A stretch of DNA of 64,000 bases, taken from Alphaproteobacteria bacterium. Lineage in GTDB: Bacteria > Pseudomonadota > Alphaproteobacteria > UBA828. How positions within the stretch are numbered: the first letter of the stretch is position 1; the number at the start of each line of letters is the position of its first letter. The DNA lies in NCBI GenBank assembly GCA_965221125.1, contig CBDCRW010000006.1, positions 352,001 through 416,000 on the forward strand. The letters are read 5' to 3'. This document shows positions 43,874 to 52,824 of this stretch, piece by piece. The notes under the pieces are model-generated. The model saw only the letters and a program-made list of their open reading frames with translations, ran no database searches and was not told the origin of the DNA. Position numbers and translations under genes: made by a program.

Positions 43874-45733
43874 ATGGCAGGAAATACCGTACGCCTGACG
43901 ATGGCGCAGGCCCTGGTGCGCTATCTTTGCAATCAGCACACGATCGTCGACGGCGAGCGCGCCCCGCTCTTCCCCGGCGTGTTCGCGATCTTCGGTCACG
44001 GCAACGTCACCTGCCTCTCCGAAGCGCTTGAAGCGGTCCAGGACCGGCTGCCGACCTGGCGCGGCCAGAACGAGCAGTCCATGGCGCTGGCGGCCATCGG
44101 CTTCGCCAAGGCCAGGCGGCGGCGCCAGATCATGATCGCCACGTCCTCGATCGGCCCCGGCGCGCTCAACATGGTGACGGCGGCGGGCACGGCGCACTCC
44201 AACCGCCTGCCGATCCTGATCCTCGCGGGCGACACCTTCACCAACCGCCTGCCCGACCCGGTGCTCCAGCAGGTGGAGCACTTCGGCGATCCCACCGTCA
44301 CCGTGAACGACGCCTTCAAGGCGGTCTCGCGCTACTGGGACCGGATCGCGCATCCAGCGCAGATCATGGCGTCGCTGCCGCAGGCCATCGCCACCATGCT
44401 CGACCCCGGCGACTGCGGCCCGGCCTTCATCTCGCTGCCGCAGGACACGCAGGAGCTGGCCTTCGACTACCCGCAAGAATTCTTCGAGGAGCGGGTCTGG
44501 ACGATCCCGCGTCCGCGCGCCGACCGCGACCGCGTGGCCGAGGCCGCGGCGCTGCTGCGGACGGCGAAGAAGCCGCTCATCATCGCGGGCGGCGGCGTGC
44601 GCTATTCCGGCGCGGAGGAGGCGGTCTCGAGCTTTGCCGCCGCGCGCGGCATTCCGGTGGTCGAGACCATCGCCGGCAAGGGCGCGCTCACCCACTACGA
44701 CCCCGTCCATTGCGGCCCCGTGGGCGTCGTCGGCTCGACCTCGGCCAACACGCTCGCCGCCGATGCCGACGTGGTGCTCGCCATCGGCACGCGCCTGCAG
44801 GACTTCACCACGGGGTCGTGGACCGCGTTCGCGCGCGACGCACGGTTCATCTCCATCAACGCCGCGCGCTGGGATGCGACCAAGCACCGGGCGCTCGCGG
44901 TGGTGGGCGATGCGCTGGAGACGGTGCGCGAGCTCGACGCGGCGCTCGGCGCCTGGAAGGCCGAGGCGGGCCATCTGGCGGCGGCCCAGGCGCTCTTCAA
45001 GCAGTGGGACACGCTGCTCGACGAGCACCAGGCGCAGACCAACGCGCCCGTGCCCACTTACGCGCAGGTGGTGAACGTGGTGAACCGGGCGGCGGGCGAG
45101 GGCGACCACCTCATCGCCGCCGCCGGGGGCATTCCGGGCGAGGTCGCCAAGGGCTGGCGGGTGAAGGGGCGCAACACCTTCGACCTCGAATTCGGCTTCT
45201 CCTGCATGGGCTACGAGATCGCCGGCGGCTGGGGCAACGCCATGGCGAACGCGGGCGCGTCGACGCCCATGGTCATGGTGGGCGACGGCGGCTACCTGAT
45301 GATGAACTCGGACATCTATTCGTCGGTGCTCACCGGCCACAAGATGGTCGTGGTGGTCTGCGACAACGGCGGCTTCGCGGTGATCAACCGGCTGCAGGAG
45401 TTCAAGGGAACGCCCGGCTTCAACAACCTGTTCAAGGATTGCCGCAGGGCCGAGCCCGGCAGTCCGCCTCTCGTGGACTTCGCGAAGCACGCCGAATCCA
45501 TGGGCGCCCACGCGCGCCACTGCGAGAGCCTCGCCGACCTCGAAGCCGCGCTCGACTGGGCCAGGGGCACCGACCGGACCACGGTCCTCTCCATCGCCAC
45601 GGAGGCCTACACCTGGACGCCGGGCGACGCCGACTGGGATCTCGGGGTGCCCGAGATCTCGGAGCGCGAGACGGTGAGGGCCGCCCGCGCCCATCAGGAA
45701 GACATCCGTGCAAAGCAGCGCGTGGGAGTGTGA
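43874..45733 (+). CDS. iolD: 3D-(3,5/4)-trihydroxycyclohexane-1,2-dione acylhydrolase
   Basis: RLTMAQAL, FAIFGHGNV, QNEQSMA, SSIGPGALN, PDPVLQQVE, EFGFSCMGYEIAG, TPP motif GDGGYLM..DNGG. Confidence 0.96.
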   Translation: MAGNTVRLTMAQALVRYLCNQHTIVDGERAPLFPGVFAIFGHGNVTCLSEALEAVQDRLPTWRGQNEQSMALAAIGFAKARRRRQIMIATSSIGPGALNMVTAAGTAHSNRLPILILAGDTFTNRLPDPVLQQVEHFGDPTVTVNDAFKAVSRYWDRIAHPAQIMASLPQAIATMLDPGDCGPAFISLPQDTQELAFDYPQEFFEERVWTIPRPRADRDRVAEAAALLRTAKKPLIIAGGGVRYSGAEEAVSSFAAARGIPVVETIAGKGALTHYDPVHCGPVGVVGSTSANTLAADADVVLAIGTRLQDFTTGSWTAFARDARFISINAARWDATKHRALAVVGDALETVRELDAALGAWKAEAGHLAAAQALFKQWDTLLDEHQAQTNAPVPTYAQVVNVVNRAAGEGDHLIAAAGGIPGEVAKGWRVKGRNTFDLEFGFSCMGYEIAGGWGNAMANAGASTPMVMVGDGGYLMMNSDIYSSVLTGHKMVVVVCDNGGFAVINRLQEFKGTPGFNNLFKDCRRAEPGSPPLVDFAKHAESMGAHARHCESLADLEAALDWARGTDRTTVLSIATEAYTWTPGDADWDLGVPEISERETVRAARAHQEDIRAKQRVGV

Positions 45734-45736
45734 GGA

Positions 45737-46639
45737 ATGCTGAAAGCGAAGCTGGGCATCGCGCCCATCGCGTGGTGGAACGACGATCTGGTCGAGCTTT
45801 CGGACGACGTGAGCCTGGAGGAGTGCCTGCGCCAGGCCTCGGTCGCGGGCTTTACCGGCATGGAGACGGGCCGGCGCTTCCCCATGAACATGGCGGAGCT
45901 GGGGCCGATCCTCGAGCGCTTCGGCATCTCGGTCTGCGGCGGCTGGCACTCGGGCCGCGTGCTCGAAGGCGATCTCGAGGCGGAGAAGGAGCGCATCCGC
46001 CCGATGATGGATTTCTTCATCGCGGCGAGCGCGCCCTGCATCGTCTACGGCGAGATCGCCCGCGCCATCCAGGGCGAGCGCGCGGCCCCGCTCGCGACCA
46101 AACCACGCATCGCCGATGACGAGATGAAGGTCTACGGCCGCAACATGACCGCGTTCGCGGAGTGGTGCGCCGACGAGGGCATGCCCATCGCCTATCACCA
46201 CCACATGGGCGCCCTGGTCGAGACCGAGCCGGAGCTCGACAGCCTGATGAACCACAGCGGCGAGGCGCTGAGGCTCGCCTACGACACCGGCCACCTCGCC
46301 TTCGCCGGCGGCGACGGCTTGCGCGTCATCGAGCGCTACCACGGGCGGATGGGCCACATCCACACGAAGGACGTGCGCCAGGGCGTGATCGACGGCCTCG
46401 ACCGCAGCCGCGAGAGCTTTTTGGATGCGGTCATCAAGGGGGCCTTCACCGTGCCGGGGGACGGCGACCTCGACTTCGCCACCATCGTCCGCCGCCTCGC
46501 CGAGCTCGGCTATGAAGGCTGGTTCGTGGTCGAGGCGGAGCAGGACCCGGTGGCGAACCCGCCGCTGGAGATGGCGCGGAAGGGCCACGCGGAGCTTCTC
46601 CGCGTCATGAGCGAAGCCGGATACGAGGTGGTGCAATGA
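45737..46639 (+). CDS. iolE: myo-inosose-2 dehydratase
   Basis: GIAPIAWWNDD, YHHHMG, DTGH, HTKDVR, FTVPGDG, VVEAEQDP. Confidence 0.96.
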   Translation: MLKAKLGIAPIAWWNDDLVELSDDVSLEECLRQASVAGFTGMETGRRFPMNMAELGPILERFGISVCGGWHSGRVLEGDLEAEKERIRPMMDFFIAASAPCIVYGEIARAIQGERAAPLATKPRIADDEMKVYGRNMTAFAEWCADEGMPIAYHHHMGALVETEPELDSLMNHSGEALRLAYDTGHLAFAGGDGLRVIERYHGRMGHIHTKDVRQGVIDGLDRSRESFLDAVIKGAFTVPGDGDLDFATIVRRLAELGYEGWFVVEAEQDPVANPPLEMARKGHAELLRVMSEAGYEVVQ

Positions 46640-47451
46640 ACCGCATCGACGGAAAGGTCGCCGTCGTCACCGGCGGCACGCAGGGGGTGGGCGCGGCCAT
46701 CGCGCGGCTCTTCGCGAGCGCAGGCGCCGCCGGGATCGTGACCGTCGGCCGCGACACGGCGAAGGGCCGGAAGGTCGCCGACGAGATCACCGCGGAGAGC
46801 GGCGTGCCGGTCGACGTGGTGGGCGCCGACCTCGGTGTCATGGCGGACGTGCGCCGGATCGTGGCGCAGGCCGACGCGCGCTTCGGCCGGGTCGACATCC
46901 TGGTGAACGCGGCGGGCATGTCCACGCGCGGCAACCTGCTCAACACCTCGCCCGCGCTGTTCGACACGATGTTCGCCGTGAACGTTCGCGCGCCCTTCTT
47001 CCTGATGCAGGACGCGGTGAAGATCATGATCCGCGAGGGGACCCCAGGCGTGATCGTCAATATCGGCTCGACCTCGGAACGCGCGGGCCAGCCCTTCATC
47101 GCGCCCTACTGCGCGTCGAAGGGCGCGCTCGCCACGCTGACGCGGAACGCGGGCTTCGCGCTCATGCGCAACCGCATCCGCGTGAACCAGCTCGACATCG
47201 GCTGGACCAACTCGGACAACGAACGCAGGCTGCAGGCCGAGGAGTCCGGCGATCCGGACTTCATGGACAAGGCCGCCGCCACGCTCCCCTTCGGCCGGCT
47301 GCTGGAGCCCGCCGAGGTCGCGCGCGCCGTGCTCTGGATCGCCTCCGACGACAGCGGCATGATGACCGGCTCGGTGATCCAGTTCGACCAGTCGGTCTGG
47401 GGCGGCTACGACGGTCAGGCGCCGGGGCCGGCCGCGCCGCTCAGCGCGTAG
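46636..47451 (+). CDS. Short-chain dehydrogenase/reductase
   Basis: TGGTQGVG, VNAAG, YCASK. Confidence 0.93.
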   Translation: MNRIDGKVAVVTGGTQGVGAAIARLFASAGAAGIVTVGRDTAKGRKVADEITAESGVPVDVVGADLGVMADVRRIVAQADARFGRVDILVNAAGMSTRGNLLNTSPALFDTMFAVNVRAPFFLMQDAVKIMIREGTPGVIVNIGSTSERAGQPFIAPYCASKGALATLTRNAGFALMRNRIRVNQLDIGWTNSDNERRLQAEESGDPDFMDKAAATLPFGRLLEPAEVARAVLWIASDDSGMMTGSVIQFDQSVWGGYDGQAPGPAAPLSA

Positions 47452-47478
47452 CGTCCCGAGACGCTGGCGTTTGCCGCC

Positions 47479-48807
47479 TCAGCGCCCGCGTCGCTCCGGA
47501 ATGAGGCCGCGCGGGCTGAAGCGCATGACGACGAGCAGAATGAGCCCCATGACGATGAGGCGCATGTAGGCGGCGCTGTCCAGCAGGTGGACCCGGAGCG
47601 TGTTGTCCTCGGGCAGGCCGGCGGTGATCGCATCCATCAGCCAGAACGCGGCGGGCTCGGCCTCGACCCACAGGAACCACACCAGGAAGCCGCCGAGCAC
47701 GGCGCCCCAGTTGTTGCCCGAGCCGCCGACGATCACCATCACCCAGACCAGGAAGGTGAAGCGCAGCGGCTGGTAGCTGCCCGGCGTGAACTGCCCGTCC
47801 AGCGTGGTGAGCATGGCGCCCGCGATGCCCATGACGGCCGCGCCCAGGATGAAGATCTGCATGTGGCGCCGGGTCACGTCCTTGCCCATCGCGGCGGCGG
47901 CGTCCTCGTTGTCGCGGATGGCGCGCATCATCCGCCCCCAGGGCGAGTTCAGCGCCCGCTCGGCGAGCCAGACGACCGCGATGAGCACCAGCGCGAAGAG
48001 CACCGCGTAGCAGAGCTTCACGAAGATGCTGGAGCCCGCGATCGGATCGGTGCCGAGCCAGTGAACGAGATCGAGGAACCAGGGGCTCGCCTGCAGGTCG
48101 ATCTCGTAGGGCACCGGCCGGTCGAGGCCCGTGACGTTCTTCACGCCGCGGCCGAGCCAGTCCTCGTTCTTGATCACGGTGATGACGATCTCGGCGATGC
48201 CGAGGGTGGCGATAGCGAAGTAGTCCGAGCGCAGGCCCAGCGCGACCTTGCCGATGAGCCACGCGGCGCCGGCGGCGAGCAGGCCGCCCACCGCCCAGGA
48301 GAGGACGATCGGCAGGCCGGCGCCGCCGAAGTAGCCGGTCGTGGTGCTGTCGATGCGCTCGACCGCGTCGACCGCCGGGTCGAAGAAGATGCGGGCGACG
48401 AAGAACCCGGCGACCAGAAGGGCGACCGTGGCCGCCGAGCGCAGCGGCCCCTTCCGCAGGAGGCGGCGCGCGAGGACGATCAGCAGCGCGGTGCCGACCA
48501 CCACCAGGAGCGCGAGGCCGAGCCCCGCGCCGCCGGCCGACCATGCCTCGCCCACCGGCGATTGCGAGACGAGCACGCCGGCCAGCCCGCCGAGCGCGGC
48601 GAAGCCCATGACGCCGACGTTGAGCAGGCCCGCGTAGCCCCACTGCATGTTGAGGCCCAAGGCCATGATCGCCGAGATCAGGCAGAGGTTGAGGATGGAG
48701 AGGCTCACCACCCAGGACTGGCCGAAGCCGACCGCGGCGAGCAGCGCCGCCATGACGGCGAAGAGCACCGGGGTGCGGGGCGCAGGCGTGCGAAACACCG
48801 GCTTCAT
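47479..48807 (-). CDS. Branched-chain amino-acid-type ABC permease (LivM-like)
   Basis: GLNMQWGYAGLLNVG, LRSDYFAIATLGIAE, RAIRDNE, VIVGGSGNNWG; real start ATG 48807 within the longer track ORF. Confidence 0.92.
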   Translation of the reverse strand: MKPVFRTPAPRTPVLFAVMAALLAAVGFGQSWVVSLSILNLCLISAIMALGLNMQWGYAGLLNVGVMGFAALGGLAGVLVSQSPVGEAWSAGGAGLGLALLVVVGTALLIVLARRLLRKGPLRSAATVALLVAGFFVARIFFDPAVDAVERIDSTTTGYFGGAGLPIVLSWAVGGLLAAGAAWLIGKVALGLRSDYFAIATLGIAEIVITVIKNEDWLGRGVKNVTGLDRPVPYEIDLQASPWFLDLVHWLGTDPIAGSSIFVKLCYAVLFALVLIAVVWLAERALNSPWGRMMRAIRDNEDAAAAMGKDVTRRHMQIFILGAAVMGIAGAMLTTLDGQFTPGSYQPLRFTFLVWVMVIVGGSGNNWGAVLGGFLVWFLWVEAEPAAFWLMDAITAGLPEDNTLRVHLLDSAAYMRLIVMGLILLVVMRFSPRGLIPERRGR

Positions 48808-49820
48808 GAGAGCACCCGCCCGCGGAAGATGCCGGTCGGGCGCACGAGCAGCACCACCACCAGGATGACGAAGGAGATCGCGAGCTTGTAGTCGGTGGAG
48901 AGGAGCTGCATCAGGGCGCTCGGCTCCCAGCTCTCCGGCAGCAGGTAGCGCAGGAACTTCTTGTAGGCGTAGGTCACCGCGGTCTCCGACAGCGCCACGA
49001 TGAAGCCGCCGACGACCGCGCCCACCGGATGGCCAATGCCGCCCAGGATGGCCGAGGCGAAGATGGGCAGGAGGAGCTGGAAGTAGGTAAACGGCTTGAA
49101 GCTCTTGTCGATGCCGTACATGGTGCCGGCCACCGCCGCCAGCGTCGCGGCGATCAGCCAGGCGTAGAGCACCACGCGGTCCGGGTTGACGCCGGAGAGC
49201 AGCGCGAGATCCTCGTTGTCCGAGTAGGCGCGCATCGCCTTGCCGGCGCGGGTGCGGTGCAGGAACCAGAAGAGCGCCGTCACGCCTGCGGCCGCGACGA
49301 TGACCGTCAGCCCCTGCGAGAGCTTGATCGCGAGGCCCTCCTTCAGCCCGGTCGCCGCCTTGAACTCGGAGGCCTTGATGATGAAGCGGGCGCCGTCGGC
49401 GAGGCGGCGGTCGTCGGGGCCGATGATGAAGCGGACGATGCCCTGCAGCGCGAACATCACGCCGATGGAGGCGATCAGCAGGATCACCGGCGGGCTCTTG
49501 CGCCGGCGGTAGAAGCGGAAGACGACGCGGTCCGCCGCCAGGTTGAAGGCGGCCGCCGCCGCGATGCCGAAGGGGAGCGCGATGAGCGCCGTCGGCAGCG
49601 GCCCGATGCCGACGTCCATGCTCTGGAACCACCACGTCGTGAGCAGAACGACCATGGTGCCGAAGGCCATCACGTCGCCGTGCGAGAAGTTGGCGAAGCG
49701 CAGGATGCCGAAGACGAGGGTGACGCCGAGGGCGCCGAGCGCGAGCTGGGAGCCATAGGCGACCCCCGGCACGATCACGAAGTTCAGGAGCAGGACGATC
49801 GCGTTCGCGACGTCGGTCAT
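48804..49820 (-). CDS. Branched-chain amino-acid-type ABC permease (LivH-like)
   Basis: ALGVTLVFGILRFANFSHGD, GKAMRAYSDN, RPTGIF. Confidence 0.92.
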   Translation of the reverse strand: MTDVANAIVLLLNFVIVPGVAYGSQLALGALGVTLVFGILRFANFSHGDVMAFGTMVVLLTTWWFQSMDVGIGPLPTALIALPFGIAAAAAFNLAADRVVFRFYRRRKSPPVILLIASIGVMFALQGIVRFIIGPDDRRLADGARFIIKASEFKAATGLKEGLAIKLSQGLTVIVAAAGVTALFWFLHRTRAGKAMRAYSDNEDLALLSGVNPDRVVLYAWLIAATLAAVAGTMYGIDKSFKPFTYFQLLLPIFASAILGGIGHPVGAVVGGFIVALSETAVTYAYKKFLRYLLPESWEPSALMQLLSTDYKLAISFVILVVVLLVRPTGIFRGRVLS

Positions 49821-49823
49821 CGC

Positions 49824-50528
49824 CTACCCACCCAGGAAGGAGCGGCGGACCTCGGGGTCGGCGAGCAGCGCCGCGCCGGTATCCGTGTGGCGGTTCTCGC
49901 CGGTGACGAGCACGTAGCCGCGATCGGCGATGGAGAGCGCCTGGGCGGCGTTCTGCTCCACCATCAGGATGGCGATGCCGGTCGCGCGGATCTCCAGGAT
50001 GCGGTCGAAGAGATCGTCCATGACCACGGGCGAGACGCCCGCCGTCGGCTCGTCCAGCATGAGCAGCTTGGGCTCCGTCATCAGCGCCCGGCCGATGGCC
50101 ACCTGCTGGCGCTGGCCGCCCGAGAGCTCGCCGGCAAGCTGGCGCCGCCGCTCCTTCAGGATCGGGAAGAGGTCGAAGACCCGCGCCATGGCGTCGGCGA
50201 CGCCGTGCTCGCGGATGTAGGCGCCCATCTCCAGGTTTTCCTGGACGGTCATGGTGGTGAAGACGTTGCGCTCCTGCGGCACGAAGCCCATGCCCTTGCG
50301 CACGCGCTCCTGCGGGCTGAGGCGGGTGATGTCCTCGCCGTCGAGGACGACCGTGCCCTCGCGCAGCGTCACCATGCCGAAGATCGCCTTCATGGCGGTC
50401 GACTTGCCCGCGCCGTTGGGGCCGACGATGACCGCGACCTCGCCCTGCCGGGCCTCGATGGTGCAGCCGCGGATGATGTCCGCGCCGCCGTAGCCGCCGG
50501 TCATGCTCTCGCCCGCGAGAAAGCTCAT
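49824..50528 (-). CDS. ABC ATP-binding protein (LivF-like)
   Basis: GPNGAGKST, LSGGQRQQV, LDEPTAG, VEQNA. Confidence 0.93.
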   Translation of the reverse strand: MSFLAGESMTGGYGGADIIRGCTIEARQGEVAVIVGPNGAGKSTAMKAIFGMVTLREGTVVLDGEDITRLSPQERVRKGMGFVPQERNVFTTMTVQENLEMGAYIREHGVADAMARVFDLFPILKERRRQLAGELSGGQRQQVAIGRALMTEPKLLMLDEPTAGVSPVVMDDLFDRILEIRATGIAILMVEQNAAQALSIADRGYVLVTGENRHTDTGAALLADPEVRRSFLGG

Positions 50529-51364
50529 TGCCGGCTCGAGCCCCGCTTGCGGCCGCGGCCGAGGTAGGAATCGATCACCCGCTGGTCCGCCTTGACCTCG
50601 TCGGGCGAGCCCTGGGTCAGCAGCCTGCCCTCGGCCATGACGATCACCGGCTGGCAGAGCCGCGAGATGAAGTCGATGTCGTGCTCGATCATGCAGAAGG
50701 TGTAGCCGCGCTCCCGGTTGAGGCGGAGGATGGCGTCGCCGATGGAGCGCAGCAGCGTGCGGTTGACGCCGGCGCCCACCTCGTCGAGGAAGACGATGCG
50801 GGGCTCGGCCATCATCGTGCGCCCGAGCTCCAGCAGCTTCTTCTGTCCGCCGGAGAGCGCGCCCGCGCGCGCGCTCGCGACCTCGTCGAGGCCGAGGAAG
50901 TGGATGACGTCCGCCGCCCGGGCGTGGATTTCCTCCTCCTGCGCCCGCACCGTGCCGCGGCGGAACCAGGCGTTGACCAGGTTTTCTCCGGCCTGGCCTG
51001 CGGGCACGGTCGCCAGGTTCTCGGCGACGGTGAGGCTCGAGAACTCGTGGGCGATCTGGAAGGTGCGCAGCACGCCCCGGTGGAAGAGCTGGTGCGGCTT
51101 CAGCCCAGTGATGTCCTCGTCCTGCAGGAAGACCCGGCCCTCTGAGGGCGGATAGACGCCGGCGATGACGTTGAAGAGGGTGGTCTTGCCGGCGCCGTTG
51201 GGGCCGATCAGGCCGGTGATCGAGCCTTCCTCGATCTCCAGGGTGACCCCGTCGACGGCGCGGATGCCGCCGAAGTGCAGGTGCAGGTTCTCGACCCGGA
51301 TCATGGCGGGCGCGTCGGCCGCGCCGCCAGCCGGGGCAGGGGAGGCGGCCGGCGGCCCGGTCAT
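50525..51364 (-). CDS. ABC ATP-binding protein (LivG-like)
   Basis: GPNGAGKTT, RTFQ, LSGGQKKLLE, IEHD. Confidence 0.93.
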   Translation of the reverse strand: MTGPPAASPAPAGGAADAPAMIRVENLHLHFGGIRAVDGVTLEIEEGSITGLIGPNGAGKTTLFNVIAGVYPPSEGRVFLQDEDITGLKPHQLFHRGVLRTFQIAHEFSSLTVAENLATVPAGQAGENLVNAWFRRGTVRAQEEEIHARAADVIHFLGLDEVASARAGALSGGQKKLLELGRTMMAEPRIVFLDEVGAGVNRTLLRSIGDAILRLNRERGYTFCMIEHDIDFISRLCQPVIVMAEGRLLTQGSPDEVKADQRVIDSYLGRGRKRGSSRQ

Positions 51365-51396
51365 CGCTGGCCGAGCCGCCGTCCGTGTTGCGAGGT

Positions 51397-52605
51397 CTAA
51401 CGGATTTCCTTCGTCACGAAGGCGCCGCCCTCGACCTCCATCACCGCGTAGGAGCCTGCGGCCTCGCCCACGTCCGTGAGCTCGACGGCGGACGCGCCGA
51501 CATAGTCGACCTCGCCCCCGTCGGCGAGGATCTGCAGCCCCTTGGCCAGCTCGCCCGGAAGGATCGGCTCGCCCGGCCCGTTGGCGACCGCCATGACGTG
51601 CGCCGCAATTCCGCCCCGGTCAGCCGAGCCTGCGGCCTGCATGGCGAGCACGATCAGCGCCGCGGCGTCGTAGGATTCGCCGCGGAACGGCCCGTCGCCG
51701 TCCACCCCGTTGGCGGCGGCGTGATCGAGGAACATCTGGGCGCCCTCGGAGGCCGAGCCCGGCGCCGTGCCGATGGTGCCGGTGAGCGCATCGCCGATCG
51801 CCTCGATCAGCGAGTCGCCGATCATGCCGTCGGCGACGATGAAGTTCTCGAAGGCGCCGGTGTCGACGGAGGTCTGGATGATCCCCTTGCCGCCCTGGTC
51901 GACGTAGCCGAAGACCACCAGGTGCTCCGCGCCCGAAGCCGCGAGCGCGCCCACCTCGGCCGAATAGTCGCCCTTGCCGTCCTCGTGCGCGGCCGAGATT
52001 TCGACCGTGCCGCCCAGCGCCATGAAGTTCTCGCCGAAGCTGCCGTCGAGGCCCTTGCCGTAGTCGTTGTTGGTGTAGGTGACGGCGACGCTGTCGATGC
52101 CGCGCTCGATCAGAAGCTCGGCCAGCACCTGCCCCTGCCGCGCGTCGGACGGCGCGGTACGGAAGAAGAGGCCGTTGTCCTCGATCGTGGTGAGCGCCGG
52201 CGAGGTCGCGGACGGCGAGATGGTGACGATGCCGTTCGGCACCGAGACGTTGTTGGTAATCGCGATGGTGACGCCGGAGCAGTCGGCGCCGAAGATCGCG
52301 GCGACGCCTTCGGCCGTGACCAGGCGCTCGGCGGCGGCCGTCGCCGCAGCCGCGTCGATGCAGGTCGAATCGCCCCTCACCGGCACGATCGCCTTGCCGC
52401 CCAGGAACGCGCCGGAGTCCGATGCCTCCTTCAGGGCGAGCTCGGCCGAGTCCGCCATGGCGGGCGTCAGCGACTCGATCGGGCCGGTGAAGCCGAGAAT
52501 GACCCCGACCTTGACCTCATGGCCGTCCGCTCTGGCGTCCGGCGCCAGCCCAAGGCACAGCGCGGCAGCGGCCGCGACCAATGCAACCCACCGTGTTCTT
52601 CTCAT
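51397..52605 (-). CDS. Branched-chain amino-acid-type ABC substrate-binding protein
   Basis: Signal peptide, GFTGPIES, GADCSG, SPSATSPALT, FFRTAPSDARQG, NNDYGKGL. Confidence 0.92.
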   Translation of the reverse strand: MRRTRWVALVAAAAALCLGLAPDARADGHEVKVGVILGFTGPIESLTPAMADSAELALKEASDSGAFLGGKAIVPVRGDSTCIDAAAATAAAERLVTAEGVAAIFGADCSGVTIAITNNVSVPNGIVTISPSATSPALTTIEDNGLFFRTAPSDARQGQVLAELLIERGIDSVAVTYTNNDYGKGLDGSFGENFMALGGTVEISAAHEDGKGDYSAEVGALAASGAEHLVVFGYVDQGGKGIIQTSVDTGAFENFIVADGMIGDSLIEAIGDALTGTIGTAPGSASEGAQMFLDHAAANGVDGDGPFRGESYDAAALIVLAMQAAGSADRGGIAAHVMAVANGPGEPILPGELAKGLQILADGGEVDYVGASAVELTDVGEAAGSYAVMEVEGGAFVTKEIR

Positions 52606-52824
52606 GATCCGTTCCTCGCGTCATGAAGGTTGGAGCCGCGCACCGGATCCCTGTTCCGGCGCCTCCGGCCAATCACCCGATCATAGCGCGGTTCGCCCCC
52701 CGATTCGACGAGATTGGGGCGTCAGCCTCCACCGGGACAGGCGTGCGGCGCGGCACTCTGCGTTGACGGGCCGCGGGGCAGGGACTATCTCTCAGGCCAC
52801 GTGGCGCATCAGGCGGATGACGCG

